A stretch of DNA of 64,000 nt from Eledone cirrhosa. Taxonomy: Eukaryota. The notes beneath the pieces were generated by a model. That model was given only the letters and a program-made list of their open reading frames with translations. It was not told the DNA's origin and did no database searches. Shown piece by piece: positions 29,383 to 44,794 of this stretch; within the stretch, counting starts at the first letter, position 1, and every line of letters starts with the position of its first letter. Both the position numbers and the translations under genes were made by a program. Where the stretch lies: positions 79,670,001 through 79,734,000 of the forward strand of contig OZ024743.1 of assembly GCA_964016885.1 (NCBI GenBank). Reading direction: 5' to 3'.

Positions 29383-32060
29383 GATGGCGGTAATGGTGGT
29401 GGTGCTGGTGGTGGCGGTGTTGGTGTTGGTGATGGTGGGGGTGATGGTAGTGATGATGTTGGTGGTGGTGGTGGTGATGGTGGTGGTGGTGGTGATGGTG
29501 GTGGTGGTGGTGGTGGCGGCAGTGGTGGTGGTGGAGGTGATGGTGGCGGTGATGATGGTGGTGGTGGTGGTGATGGTGGTGGTGGTGGTGGCGGCAGTGG
29601 TGGTGGTGGAGGTGATGGTGGCGGTGATGATGATGATGGAGGTGGTGGTGGCGGTGATGATGGTGATGGTGGTGATGGTGTCGGTGGTGGTGGTGGTGGT
29701 GATGGTGGTAGTAATGGTGGTGGTGATGGTGGTGATGGTGGTGATGGTGGCGGTGATGATGGTGATGGTGAAGGTGGTGGTGGTGGTGGTAGTGGTGGTG
29801 GTGGTGGTGGTGATGATGGCGGTGATGGTGTTGATGGTGGTGGTGGTGGTGGTGATGGTGGGGGTGTTAGTGGTCGTGGTGGTAGTGGTTGTGGTGGTGG
29901 TAGTGGTGGTGGTGGTGGTGGTGATGGTGGTAGTTCTGGTGGTGGTGGTGGCGGTAGTGGTGTTGGTGGTGGTGGTAGTGGTGGTTGTGTTAGTGGTAGT
30001 GGTGTTGGTGGTGGTGGTTGTAGTTTGGTGTTGGTATTGGTTGTGGTGATGATGGTGGTAGTGGTGGTGGTGGTGGTGTTGGTGGTGATGGTGGTAGTGG
30101 TGGTGGTGGTGATGGTGGTGGTGTTAGTGGTCGTGGTGGAAGTGGTCGTGGTGGTGGTAGTGGTGGTGGTGGTGGTCGTGATGGTGATAGTTCTGGTGGT
30201 GGTGGTGGCGGTAGTGGTGTTGGTGGTGGTGGTAGTGGTGGTGGTGTTAGTGGTAGTGGTGTTGGTGGTGGTGGTTGTAGTTTGGTGGTGGTATTGGTTG
30301 TGGTAGTGATGTGGTGGCGATGGTGGTCGCGGCGGTGGTGCTGGTGCTGGTGGAGGCGGTGGTGGTGGTGGTGGTGATGGTGGAGGTGATGGTGGTGGTG
30401 GTAGTGGTGGTGGTGGTGTTGGTTGTGGTTGTGGTAGTGGTGGTGGTGGTGATGGTGGTGGTGGAGGTGGTGGTGGCGGTGGTAGTGGTGGTGGTGGTGG
30501 TGGTGGTGATGGTGGGGTGATGGTGTTGATGGTGGTGGTGGTGGTGATGGTGTTGGTGGTTGTGTTGGTGGCGGTTGTGGTGGTGGTGGTGGTGACGGTG
30601 GTGGTGGTACTGGTGGTGGTGGTGGTGGTGGTGGTGGTGGTGGTGGTGATGGTGGTGGTGATGGTGGTGGTTGTGCTGATGGTGGTGGTGATGGTGGTCG
30701 TGGTGTTGGTGGTGGTAGTAGTGGTGGTAGTGGTGTTGGTGTTGGTGGTAGTTCGTGGTGGTGGTGGTGGTGGTGATGGTGATGGTTGTGGTGATGGTGG
30801 TCGCGGTGGTGGCGGTGATTATGGTCGAAGTGGTGGTCAGGTGGTGGTGGTGGCGGTGGTGGTGGTGGTGGTGACGGTGGTGGTGGTGATGGTGGTGGTA
30901 ATGGTGGCGGTGGTGGCAATGGCGGTGGTGGTGGTAGTGGTGGCAGCGGCGGTGGTGGTGGTGGTGGTGATGGTGGTGGTGGTGATGGTCACGTTGGTGG
31001 TGGTGGTGATGCTGGTAGTAGTGATTTTTGTAGTGGTGGTGTTGGTGTTGGTGGTAGTGGTGGTGGTGTTAGTGGTAGTGGTGGTGGTAGTGGTTGTGGT
31101 AGTGGTGGTGTTGGTGGTAGTGGTGGTGGTGATGTTGGTTGTGGTAGTGGTGGTGTTGGTGGTAGTGGGGGTGGTAGTGGTGGTGGTGGTGATGGTGGTG
31201 GTGGTGGTGGTGGTGTTGGTGGTAGTGGTGGTGGTAGTGGTGGTGGTGATGTTGGTTGTGGTAGTGGTAGTCTTGGTGGTAGTGGTGGTGATGTTGGTTG
31301 TGGTAGTGGTGGTGTTGCTGGTGGTGGTGGTGGTGGTGGTGGTGGTGGTGGTGGTGGTGGTGTGGCGATGGTGGTGGTGGTGCTGGTCGTGGTAATGGTG
31401 GTGGTGGTGTGGTGGTGATGGTGGTAGCGGTGGTGGTGGTGATGATAGTGTTGGTAGTAGTGGTGGTGGTGGTGGTGTGGTGGTGATGGTGGTAGTGGTG
31501 GTGGTGGTGGTGGTGGTGGTGGTGGTGGTGGTGTTACTGGTAGTGGTGGTGGTGGTGGTGGTTGTAGTTAGGTGGTGGTAGCGTTTGTGCTGGTGTTGGT
31601 GGTAGTGGTGGTGGTGTTGATGGTGATGGTGGTTGTGGTAGTGGTGGTGTTGGTGGTAGTGGTGGTGGTGGTGGTGGTGGTGGTGGTGTGGCGATGGTGG
31701 TGGTGGTGCTGGTCGTGGTAGTGGTGGTGGTGTGGTGGTGGTGATGGTGGTAGCGGTGGTGTGGTGGTGATGGTGGTAGCGGTGGTGGTGGTGATGATAG
31801 TGTTGGTAGTAGTGGTGGTGGTGATGGTGGTAGCGGTGGTGGTGGTGGTGATAGTGTTGGTAGTAGTGGTGGTGGTGATGGTGTGGTGGTGATGGTGGTA
31901 GCGGTGGTGGTGGTGATGATAGTGTTGGTAGTAGTGGTGGTGGTGGTGGTGTGGTGGTGATGGTGGTAGTGGTGGTGGTGGTGATGATAGTGTTGGTAGT
32001 AGTGGTGGTCGTGGTGGTGTGGTGGTGATGGTGGTAGTGGTGGTGGTGGTGATGGTGTTA
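29383..32060. repeat. 2.7-kb degenerate (GGT)n tract with internal higher-order duplications
   Basis: Visible; for example, the block at about 29860-30050 recurs at about 30120-30305. Confidence 0.95.
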
Positions 32061-32253
32061 ATGATGACGATGTTTGTTACAATGATGACAGAAGTGACGC
32101 CAATTATCATGAGCTACCGCCATTTTTAATTCAAAACCTTTATCAAATAACAAAAACAAGAACCACCAGATTTCAGACGGATAGTTATGTAGGTTTCAGT
32201 GTAAATATGAAATCGTTGATATATAGTTTTCAGAGTATTTATATACACTGAAT

Positions 32254-32344
<91 letters not shown>

Positions 32345-32346
<2 letters not shown>

Positions 32347-32512
32347 CAGTGTATAAGTAATATATATTACCGTGTATATATATAGCGATAAAATAACTAT
32401 GGAGATATAAAGGATACAAAAGCGAAAACCAATCCAAAACCAAACAGTGAGTGTATTTTATAACTATTTCTGGCAATATCATAACAATATGACCCTCCCC
32501 ATGTATAACAAT
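32345..32512 (+). mobile_element. Isolated terminal pLTR fragment related to the 19025 and 25311 PLE ends
   Basis: CAGTGAGTGT...TTCTGGCAATAT...ATATGACCCTCCCCATGTATAACAA between (TA)n tracts. Confidence 0.65.
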
Positions 32513-32599
32513 ATATGTATATATATATTTAACATAGCAATGGCTTCTACAGGACCAGAACTGTTTCACTCGGAGGCAATCATCAGCGCTGGCTAGAAC

Positions 32600-33100
32600 A
32601 CATTCACAGCTTCAAAGATGGCCGCATACCAAAGATAATTTCTATCTCATGCTTGGTGAGGATGGTGATATTCGGACACCCTGCGGGATGAAATACAAGA
32701 CCCGGCAAAGAGCGGAGTAACACAGTAGAGTCAACGGCCATCCAAATAATACATTTTTTTTTTACCTGGGAGTGAAAGGCCCCCAGTTGTTGTCACAACA
32801 CCTTTCTAGGAGAGGGAAACTCTGATAAAAAAAGACCTGTGGCCTCAGAAGCATCCGATAATGTTGACCAGTTCTACTTTTCGAGAAGTGGTTTTGATGC
32901 CCAGGGAGTGGGATTGGTCGAGTGCAAGGCATTTCCCCACTTAAAAAATCTTGAAAGCTCAGGCATTGCTTGTTCAGGGTATTTTACAGGTTCGTGTGGC
33001 TGGCCGTAGCCTACAAGTGCACCAAACTCTATAATCTGACAACGATTGCAGTACTCTTAGCAGAGTTTCAGCCATCTGTTAGACACGCAGTGACTAACAA
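32600..33100 (+). mobile_element. Bipartite RTE-type non-autonomous element
   Basis: Shares CTTGGTGAG, GAGTCAAYGGCCATCCAAA, CTAGGAGARGGAAACTCTGAT and CAGGCATTGCT with 11482-12090. Confidence 0.55.
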
Positions 33101-33816
33101 CAAAATGTTTTAAGTCTGCATATATGCGTAGCTTGTGAATAAAAAATTTCAAGTGGTTTCGCTGGCTGTGGTGATCCCTGCCAGACATCTTTTGTAATGT
33201 ATCGTCTTATTGGCTAATTTCATCGTCTTATTGGCTAATCAACCAATGAGAGTAATTGTTGCTCAAAAGCATCCGCCACTTTGTTTGCACGTTTATTTAT
33301 CGTTTCGCTTTCGAATCTTCCTCCTGTATTTCGTCGTTTTACATCAAAATATTTTTCTCGTTTTGGTAAGTTATATTGTTAATTTATATATGATTTTTTA
33401 AATTTATATTAACTATTTTTTTCAGTTCGTTATAACATGCTTATAATATTGGTTGTATCATATTTACTTGTATATTTGTCCATCTTATTGTTCGTTTTAT
33501 GTTAGATTATTTTATTATTATTATGTTAGATTATTTTTTTATTATTATGTTAGACTATTTGTATGTAATATTTAATTTTTATTAATTCAAGTATAACAAT
33601 TATTATGTAAAATATATTTATTTAATATTGATTGTTTTTTGTAGCTGTTTATATTAAAAGTCTTAAAATATTTTTATACATCTTACAATAATATTTATAA
33701 GATCATTTATAAAATAACAATTATATAATCTAATTACATTACAACGATAATTTATTATTAATATATATCATGTTTAACTAGAGTTATTACAAGCGTTACT
33801 TTTAAAAAATATTAAA

Positions 33817-34389
33817 CTAGACCTGAAAAATGCGCAAGCTCAAAAGAGCCACAGAATGTTATAATAAACCTTCAAAAGTGTGGGACTAGAGTTGTTGCTC
33901 AAAAATATTGTAATCATTATCTATCGTAGACTCTGTGGCATCCTTTTATAAAAAAGAGACTCATAGGTAATGTCCAATATCTCATATGATTGTTTCTACT
34001 TTAGGCACAAGGCCAGCAATTACCCAGTGCATTACTGGTACTTTATTTTTTATCGACCCCGTAAGGATGAAAGGCAGAGTCAACCTCGGCGGGATTTGAA
34101 CTCAGATCGTAAAGGGACGTAACTATGCTGGAAAGCATGGCGTCCGACCCTCTACCGATACTGCCAATCCACCCCCCTATGTTTAGTAATGATTAATACG
34201 AAATGCACTTAAACCGAATTTTATATTATAAATTCACTTAAATAATTATCGTGTCGTCTTGAGTTCGTTATGAGTCTCTTTTATATAAAAGGATCCCACA
34301 GAGTGTACGATAGCTAATGACTACAATATTTTTGAGCAACAACTCTAGTCCCACACTTTTGAAGGTTTATTATAACATTCTGGTCTAGT
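33817..34389. repeat. Inverted-repeat (MITE/foldback-like) element enclosing a SINE A (33988-34177, minus strand)
   Basis: Arms at about 33853-33965 / 34270-34382; outer ends ACTAGACC / GGTCTAGT. Confidence 0.7.
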
Positions 34390-34837
34390 CATATATATAT
34401 ATACACAGATATATTGTAGTGTAGTTAATACGAAGCTTTGTAAGATATGTTAGAGAAGAAAACTGTAACCGTTCGTTTGTTTTATCTGAAGAGAGAGCAT
34501 TAGCCGTGAAATATGACATAGTACACTGAAATATGATATAATACACTTGGTAAAACATTAATTTGTTTCATTTTGCCTTTCTTATTTCCTATACCGCATT
34601 GTACCGGCTTTTAAAAACATCGGTAATTTCCTACACACACACACACACACACATATTATGATAATCAGTGTTAGTTGATCCAGGCTATCAATTAATTGTG
34701 GTATAATCAGGCTAAAGCACTACACATCACGTGTGTGTGTGACAGCTCACACCTATGCAGGTTTAGCTGGCCTCCTCCTAGGTATATCTCATCGGAGGTG
34801 TCTTGGGTGATTTAATGACAGGGACGCCAGTCCCTAT

Positions 34838-34985
34838 CATCTCATTTCTACAGCTGAGTAAACTGGAGCAACGTGAAATAAAGTGTCTTGCTCAAGGAAA
34901 CAACACATCACCCGGTCCGAGAATTGAACTCACAACCTTTCGATTCCAAGCCCAATGCTCTAACCACTAAGCCATGCGCCTTCAC
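34838..34985 (-). mobile_element. SINE family B
   Basis: Homologous to 15468-15635. Confidence 0.85.
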
Positions 34986-35612
34986 ACGTCATAGACACCA
35001 TGTTATTATGTATATAGCATCAGGCGTAGTTTAAGACGTAATATCAATGTTAAAGAAAAGAAAAGAGTTGGTATCGCATATGCAACAACAGTTTATTTCA
35101 TTATATCATACTCATTATAGATATTTCAAAGGTATCAAAAGCCTGTTATGCAACAATCATTCAATGTGTGTCGAATACTGAAATTCCAACGTCGTTTCCA
35201 TGGCAGGTATATCAAAAACAAAAACCCAAAAAATATTATTATATACGTTAAACTTTTGTCTGACGACAACTCATTGAATAATTGTTGCGCATCGACATTT
35301 TGATGCCATTAAAATGGGCATAACAGGTGTGATGTAATGAAATAAACTGATGATGAATACGTGATAGCGTCTATCTTCCTTTTCTTAAAAATATAGTGAA
35401 GATGAGAGGAAGGGAATTATAGTGAGGATTAAGGCAGGTGAACCGAATAAGGGACAATCTGTTTGGAGTATGAATTATTAGAGACCGAGTAGGTGGCGTG
35501 GTGGTGTGTTTGGTGGGGTATTATAAGAATGGCTGACAGTGTTGTAAAAGTTAACCAATGAATTGTTAGTTTCGAGTTCTAGTGTATAACCATATACATA
35601 TATACATAAAAT

Positions 35613-35699
<87 letters not shown>

Positions 35700-35839
35700 A
35701 TGTATACCTACACACACACACACATATATATATATGTATATATATATATACACCTATATAGATAGGTATATATATTTTCATATTCATATTCATATTCAAA
35801 TTTGATTTTTATTGCAACCAATCTATTTTAAATGTTCAG

Positions 35840-35873
<34 letters not shown>

Positions 35874-35874
35874 C

Positions 35875-35952
<78 letters not shown>

Positions 35953-35961
35953 ATACTTTAT

Positions 35962-36003
<42 letters not shown>

Positions 36004-36445
36004 ATATAAGGTGTTAAGCTCTGTTGTTTATATTTTTTAAATTGCTTACTGTTTTTGCTATTGTTGTTATTACTGCTCTGGTGATTATTACAGTTGTTAT
36101 TATTGCTGTTGTTGCTGTTGTTGCTGTAGTTGTTATTATTGTTGCTGTTGTTATTATACTTTCAAGTCATTCATGGCTGCTTCTGTTTTATTTTGCTATA
36201 TTTTGTCGTGTTGCAAAAGGTTAACTACCGTAAAATTGGAAGAAAAATCGAATATATAGCTAGAGGCCGAAAAATGCTTAATCTTATTAAATTGTTTTCA
36301 ACTTATTGCAAAGGTTATAAGTAGCAGCAATTCAATAAACTCCAGTAAAGATTTAGCCTAGAGAACCAGCATCTCACATATTTAGTTTCATTTATAGTTT
36401 TGTTCTTTAGCTTTTGTTTTAGAACTGTTTTTCAATTTACATCTG

Positions 36446-37350
<905 letters not shown>

Positions 37351-37727
37351 AAAGAAATCTAAGTGAAATTACGTTATAGACTTAAACAGTTGAAATTTGT
37401 TATAATGGGATTTCGGGAGAAATTCAATATTTTCCCATCAAAATATATAAACTATAGAATCTATTAAAAAAATATATTGAAAAACTAATTCTTTCTTCCA
37501 TTCTTCCAGAAACTGTTAACAGTATGAACGTTACGCCACATATTATTTCTACCAAATTAGAATAATTGGGTCTTACATCAGTTTTTAATTGTGAAAAAGG
37601 ATGCCGTATGTGAGGATTGCTAAGAAGTTTACTTGGAAATCATGAGATATTGGGTTCGATGATATCGCAGGGCAGCTTAGGAAAATCTTAGTTACCAGAG
37701 CCGCTGGTTTACGAAATATTTGTGAGT

Positions 37728-37942
37728 GAAGGCGTGTGGCTGAGTGATTAGAGAATTGGATTCACAATCTTGAGGTTGTGAGTTCGATTCCTGGACCGGA
37801 CGATGTGTTATGTCCTTCAGTAAGACACTTTATTTCACGTTGCTCCTTCTACCTGGAGTTGCGACCGATAGATAGTACTAGCAACTGGAAAGACCGACGA
37901 AAACATTGGTTCCTTGGTCCGATTTGACGAAAGCCGATCGAT
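37728..37942 (+). mobile_element. SINE family B
   Basis: A-box TGGCTGAGTGATTAG, B-box GAGTTCGATTCC, conserved core. Confidence 0.85.
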
Positions 37943-38154
37943 CCTTGTGAGTGAAATGGGAAATTTTAGGACGTTTTGTTCTTTCTTGGGTGGTCTGTAT
38001 CAACTCGTTAGGGCCGATTGCAGGTGGATTGTTAACTTTGTTTGGGTTCGTATCTGTCTTTCTTTAATCTGTATTTACATTCGAGTTAAATGAATCATGT
38101 CTTAGCTACACACGCACACACACACATATCTCTCTCTCTCTATATACACACACA

Positions 38155-38226
<72 letters not shown>

Positions 38227-38318
38227 TATTTATTATATTAACCAATCATACTTCCGTGTGTACGCCTTTTATTGAATTTGTCACGATAATTATTACGAAA
38301 TACATGTATAATATATAT

Positions 38319-38365
<47 letters not shown>

Positions 38366-38888
38366 TATATACATACATATATATATATGTGTGTGTGTGT
38401 CTGTATTTATCTCTATGTGTATGTATGTGTGTGTATATTACCTGTTGTTTTATCGTAGGTTATAATTGTTTGACTATATGATAGATCAAACTACTCTGTT
38501 ATCCAGGTGTTTATAATTAACAACGTGACTTAAAGGAGATCAAGCTGTTGTTTCTAGCTTTTCAAGTTGCAAAGTAGAGCTCTCACCCTTCAGACCTAGA
38601 ATGTCTGTTGAAGGTGGTTGTGTTGTTTAATCCTAGTTTTAAATTGATTGACCAGGTCTATCATCAAATGCTTTCCAGCCGTAACCATCATGTAGCTTTT
38701 TTAACCCTTTGGATATCCAACTGCCTGAAACTACTGCTCGTTGTCTGATATAAAACTAACTTGTTTATATTTATTTTAAAATCTTCCATCTTAATTTTAT
38801 GTAAGAACCTTTGATAAGTTATGTTCCGAACCAGTTGAATAATGCGAAAATTTGTTATATTACTAAATATATTGTGATATTAGTAAAT

Positions 38889-39030
38889 GAGTTCAAATCC
38901 CGCCGAGGTTAACTTTGCCTTTCATCCTTACGAGGTCGATAAAATAAAGTACCAGTAACATACTAGAGTCGATTTAATCGACTTACCCTTCCCCAAAATT
39001 ACTGGCCTTGTGCCTATACTAGAAATCATT
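38889..39030 (+). mobile_element. SINE family A, 5'-truncated
   Basis: GAGTTCAAATCCCGCCGAGG...GGCCTTGTGCC...TAGAAA. Confidence 0.8.
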
Positions 39031-39429
39031 GTTATATTAGTAAATTCTTCATTATTTTCAAAATAATTTATAAATCACTGGCAGAGCCCTTTATTAGAAA
39101 TAAGATTAAAAAAACGGTTAAATTATTACAGGCGTAATATATCTAGGATTATATTAGGTAATGTGCCTTTTCTTTATTTACCTTTATATTGGTGTAGTTG
39201 AAATAATTTCAAACAGATTTGGTCACTTTTTCTAGCGGATCGAATGGTTGCTCGGAGGTTCTCTTGTCGTAATATACACCGGACTATCATACAATTTGGG
39301 AATTATTTGTAGGAGATTTGGTTGTAATGTCTAGCTGGGCAAACAGTTGCATGAAGGCTCAGTCGTTGTCTCTCTATATCTCTGACATAAAGTAGAAGAA
39401 ATAAATAAACAATTAAAATAACAGATTTT

Positions 39430-39638
39430 ACAGGCAAAACCAACCGGCAGGAGACCCTGGGTAGACTCCGAGCAAGGTGGTTGGATAACATCCATGAGCT
39501 CGGTTGGTCACGCTTGGGGATCCAGCCGGATCAGTTGGAGACGGTTGTTTTGGAGAGGACCTGCTGGAAGGAGTGTTTGAGGCGTCTGACCCCATGGCCC
39601 TCTCAAGAAGAAGAAGAAGAAGAAGAAGAAGAAGAAGA
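39430..39638 (+). mobile_element. LINE 3' end (RTE-like) with (GAA)n tail
   Basis: GRLRARWLDNI...ERTCWKECL followed by a (GAA)n tail. Confidence 0.6.
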
Positions 39639-40095
39639 TAAAAAATGAACTACAAAAGATAGAGAGATAAGAAAGGGTCTGAGGACATTTCTAAATAGCT
39701 CTAATCTCTAATTATATAGGGGATCGATAGTATAAAATGATATATGTTAGGGGGAGATAAACATAAGTTATCAGACGATGTCAGGTTTTGGACGATGTTT
39801 AAATAGCAATATATTCTGCTGGCTCATGATATATATGTTGTAAGATATTAATGGATATATATAATATATATACTAGAATACACTCACTCACAGACAGACA
39901 CACACACATACACACACACAGACAGACAGACACACACACACATACACTTACACATACACACACAGACAGACACACACACAAACAAACAAACACACAAGCA
40001 CACTCATACATACAAACTTTGGCACTCAGACACTCACACATACAATCATACAAGCACATACACACAAAATAGATATATTTATAGATACAAGAATA

Positions 40096-40161
<66 letters not shown>

Positions 40162-40313
40162 AACACACACACACCTAAACACACGCTTACATAAATATAT
40201 ATATAAATAGATACAAATCTTATATATGAAATAAAAAGTGAATCTAATACTAATACACATCAATATATATATATTATATACTAAATACTGTTTATATATA
40301 TATATATATATAC

Positions 40314-40363
<50 letters not shown>

Positions 40364-40552
40364 GATAAATCTACCAAGAGTTTACGGTAGTGTCCAATCC
40401 GTATGAAGAACTCAATGTATTCCGGATATCATGGAAAGAAGAGATGTAATGAAAAACCACTTTCGGTGAAAGATAAACGGTATACAGAGTCAAGATAAAA
40501 TATTAAACAAATAATGAATAAACAATTCCTTATATTAAACAAAAAAAGTTCA

Positions 40553-40695
40553 TTATTTAACGATCGTTTCTAGGATATATATGTGTTAGAATTGGTATGC
40601 ATATTCAACAGATCTATGTACAAAATTATACAAAATTATACAAATTATCAAGATTAAATATACATACCAAACACATATATACGCCGTCTTCAGAA

Positions 40696-40698
<3 letters not shown>
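40553..40698 (-). ncRNA. Hammerhead with about 115-nt stem II
   Basis: UAUUU-CUGAAGA-[UAUAUAUGUGUU..UGGUAUGUAUAUU / AAUAUGCAUACCA..AACACAUAUAUA]-GAAA-CGAUCG-UU-AAAUA. Confidence 0.65.
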
Positions 40699-40728
<30 letters not shown>

Positions 40729-41345
40729 GGAACAGAATGAAACGAAATTTCATTTCTCACTCTTAGTACGGCACTTACTTAAATGTAAGTATGTATACGT
40801 ACATACATATATGTATACAGACGTACAGTAGTATGTATATATATATACATACATGCACACATATATATATGCACGTATCGGTTTACCGAACATTTATTAT
40901 AATGCCGGGCTGTTTGTTTGTAAACAAACAACCCGGCATTAGAATTACGCCTTACAGTGTTTAGGCAATCACGTCACCTTTTTGTTCAACACTGACACAG
41001 GAACGATGTACTAGTTCCAAGCTTATTAGCTATCGTCAGCATCGTATACCTTCCTGCCAGATGGTTGAACGTCTGAAAGTATATACTTTCCTTATGCATA
41101 TTAACGGCTGAGCAGCCTAATTTGCATATCGAGTGAGTTCAGTCGGTGGTTGCCTAAACACTGTACGGCGTATTTCGGGCTATTTGTTTGTTTACAAACA
41201 AACAACCGAGCATTATAATAAATGTTCGGTAAACCGATACGTGCATATATATATGTGTGCATGTATGTATATATATATATACATACCACTGTACGTTTGT
41301 ATACATATATGTATGTACGTATAGATACATACATACTTACATTTA
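40729..41345 (-). mobile_element. 466-bp family copy (40729-41150, minus) plus inverted partial copy (41143-41345, plus); HHR at 41004-41044 has GAAA>GGAA
   Basis: Homology to the array unit; core substitution visible as TAGTTCCAAG instead of TAGTTTCAAG. Confidence 0.85.
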
Positions 41346-41394
41346 TATATATATATATACATATATAAATATATACATACACACACAGCACATA

Positions 41395-41931
41395 TATATA
41401 TATGAATAAATGTATATATAGTATATTTGGCAACATACTGTATGTTTAATTAAAAAACATTTAGAAGGCCTTGCGCTATCAGTTTTAAAGTAGTGATTAT
41501 GTCACTTACTTACTTTCGGCGAAGGAAGGGAGAGTGGCTGACAGTCTGTTTCTTACTCATAAGCGTTTATCAAAACCACACACTCTCCTACTTCCGCCGA
41601 AAATTAGAGAAGCTTATAGAATTCCAGTAATAATCAGGAGCTGATTATACAGAGCGATTACCGGTCCAGCAAAAATTAAAAATTAAGATTGGTGCTCTGA
41701 AATAGCGATGTATACATGAATGTATGTATAGTATATTTGGCAATATACCGTATGTTTAATTAAAAGACCTTGCACTATCATTCTTTGCCGAAAAAAGAAG
41801 TTAGTGACATAGTCACTACTTAAAAATGATAGCGTAAGGTCTTCAAAATGTTTTTAATTAAACATACGGTATATTGCCAAATAAAACTATACATACATTC
41901 ATGTATACATCGCTATTTCAGAGCACCAATC

Positions 41932-41933
<2 letters not shown>
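41395..41933. mobile_element. Terminally redundant unit of about 315 bp plus inverted partial copy; relative of 22074-22510
   Basis: TAGTATATTTGGCAA..GTATGTTTAATTAAAA occurs twice, with its reverse complement at about 41850-41930; shares AATCAGGARCTGATTATACAGAGCG. Confidence 0.7.
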
Positions 41934-41981
<48 letters not shown>

Positions 41982-42289
41982 GTCATACTTATATTCATAT
42001 ATTTATTTATATACTTACATATATATATTAGGTTATGCAAGAAGTGCTTAGAATTATCCTGAATGCAGTAATGGTTAATTACTACACTAGATAGAGTTGA
42101 CGTACGGTGAGGGGTTACTCAACGAGTTATGGAAGTATAGTTGGAAAAACTCAGTTTCTGATCCTTCTGTATTCCGGAGTGTAGGTAAAGAATGAATAAT
42201 AACAGGTAGACATTATAAAAAGGTAATTTATTCCGTTGAATAAATTTATACTGTTGAAACATTTGTAAGCACTCGGAATAAATTACCTT

Positions 42290-42398
<109 letters not shown>

Positions 42399-43162
42399 GT
42401 TATTTATATTGTCAGTACTTGTTTTACTTCTTATGGAACTCTTCAGCCACATCATCCTCTTCTTGCGAAATCAATCTTAGAGAAAATATAATATTACCTG
42501 TGTCAGGTTTTAGTTTTTGTATATTTCTTTCTTTTTCCTCTCTATTTTTGTCCATCTCGCTCTCTCTCCCTCTCTCTCGCTCTCTCTCTCACTCACTCCC
42601 TCTCTCTCTCCATATATATATATATATATATTTATATACTTACTTATATAGATATATATACCATATGTATATATATAATATATAATATATTTAGTATATA
42701 TATATGTATGCATGTATGCATGTATGTATAAATGTCTGTATGTACGTATGTATGTGTGTATACATGTGTATATATATATATGTAGATATATTTATATATA
42801 TGAATACATCTATTACATATATATTTTAGTGTTGGGAGGAGTAGTTATAAACTATATCTTTATAGTTTATATTTTTTCATGTGATTTATGCAATAATCGG
42901 GAAAGTTTGAGACTGAACAAATCAGGGTTCGGAGGGGTTAAGAGTGAAATTCCAAGCCATACACTCCCTATCGCTACATTCGCTATATTAGGTCGTTCGG
43001 CGGTCATTTTACTGGATAAACAGACGATAATTCATCCCCAGCAATTTGTACGACTATAGTTCTTCATTCATTTATGTATATATCTGATTTTGTGTATGTC
43101 TTACTGTGTGTATCTATATTAGCGTGTGTTTCTGTGTCTATGTCCATCGCTTTGCGTGCGTG

Positions 43163-43248
<86 letters not shown>

Positions 43249-43392
43249 AATATACATGTATGTATGTATGTATATATATATATATATGTATACATGTGTG
43301 CGTGTATGTATGTATTATATATCTATATATTGATATATGTATGATATATATATATTCGTCTTCTTCCCCGACTTATTCCTGAGACGCCTTTG

Positions 43393-43429
<37 letters not shown>

Positions 43430-43647
43430 GAGTGTAGATGCGTTTATATACTTGTATATGTATGTATATATACATTGTATCCATGTGTATCTGTTGACTG
43501 TTATGTGTGTAGAAGATGGCCGTAACTAGATAGTCACCATGGAGTTTACAAGTCTCTTTATCAACAACCAATCATATTCCACTATATAAACCAACTCGAG
43601 ACAAACACAAATTAAGGAGGCCATTTCTCATTGGCTAGATGTCGTAA

Positions 43648-43830
43648 TATTGTTGTTGTTGATGTTGTTGCTGAAGTTGTTGTTGTTGTTGCTGAAGTTG
43701 TTGTTCATGTTGTTGCTGATGTTGTTGTTGTTGTTGAAGTTGTTATTGTTGTTGTTGAAGTTGTTGTTGTTGTTGTTTATGTTGTTGTTGTTATTGTTGT
43801 TGTTTTTGTTGTTGTTGTTGCTGTTGTTGT
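43648..43830. repeat. (GTT)n tract
   Basis: Visible. Confidence 0.95.
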
Positions 43831-44274
43831 CGACCTGTTTATTCCCCTTTCAATTTCATATTAACTATACAGTCTATAAATTACCGCCATATTTATGCAA
43901 TATCTCCGCTAAATCCTGGAATTACTTTGGCTTACAAGAGTTCTACCTCAGATGGCGGTGGTGGGGAGGGGGTGTTTCCACTGTCACAGCTTCTTTCATG
44001 ACATCCTTCATTGGTCATTACATCTAGCACAAACAACAACAATAACAAACACTTCATAATAATACTAACAACAATATTATACTTTCTTCAATAACTTTCA
44101 CTTTCGCACAAACAACAACAACAACAACAACAAAAGAAGAAGACAGGCAGATGCAAAAAATGCCACCAACAATATAAAACAAGGCTATTCTTTCTCGAAT
44201 GACATTCGATTAGGGACCAATAATCAGACTTCAAGAACTAGAAAGGTGTTCATTACTCAACTTGTTGGGTCCAG

Positions 44275-44512
44275 TGGAGGGGGTGGACACTATAAGGAAA
44301 AGAGGGGTGGTCCAATGGGGGAGGATGAACTGTAAGGGAAAGAAGGTTGGTCCAATAGGGGGGGGACTGTAAGGGAAAGAGGGTTGGTCCAATGGAGGGA
44401 CTGTATGGGAAAGAGGGTTGGTCCAATTGGGGGGGATGTAAGGGAAAGAGGGTTGGTCCGATGGGGGAGGGAACTGTAAGGGAAAGAGGGTTCGTCCAAT
44501 GGGGGGGGGGAA
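44275..44512. repeat. 35-40-bp G-rich minisatellite (ACTGTAAGGGAAAGAGGGTTGGTCCAATGGGGG)
   Basis: About 6 units visible. Confidence 0.85.
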
Positions 44513-44723
44513 TCTAAGAGAAAGATTTTTTATATGTCGAAGTGTATGGATCCCGTATCTTTTACTAAACGTCTTATCGTCCAAAGGAAAATATAAACAC
44601 AACCACCCACGTCATATAAACACATACCCATGCAAATGCTAGTACACATGCACAAAAGTACACAGATATGAATATGTATATATATATAATATAAGATCAA
44701 AAGATGGTTAAAAGAGTTCCAAG

Positions 44724-44794
44724 TATTTTATTATGCGCATTTCAAAAACAAATACCATCATGGGATGATATCTGCGTTCTCATCAGATAAAATA
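44724..44794 (-). ncRNA. Type I hammerhead, left arm of palindrome 44696-45000
   Basis: Reverse complement of 44903-44973 with one stem II substitution. Confidence 0.88.

Noticed and set aside
32555-32593. Minus-strand CUGAUGA...GAAACAGUUC motif (similar weak cases near 7550, 16725, 34485 and 38570)
   Set aside because: Stems are poorly paired or the core is too degenerate to call, although they may be old HHR relics.
35258-35380. CTGACGA and CTGATGA motifs as hammerheads
   Set aside because: No correctly placed GAAA...UH or stem I.
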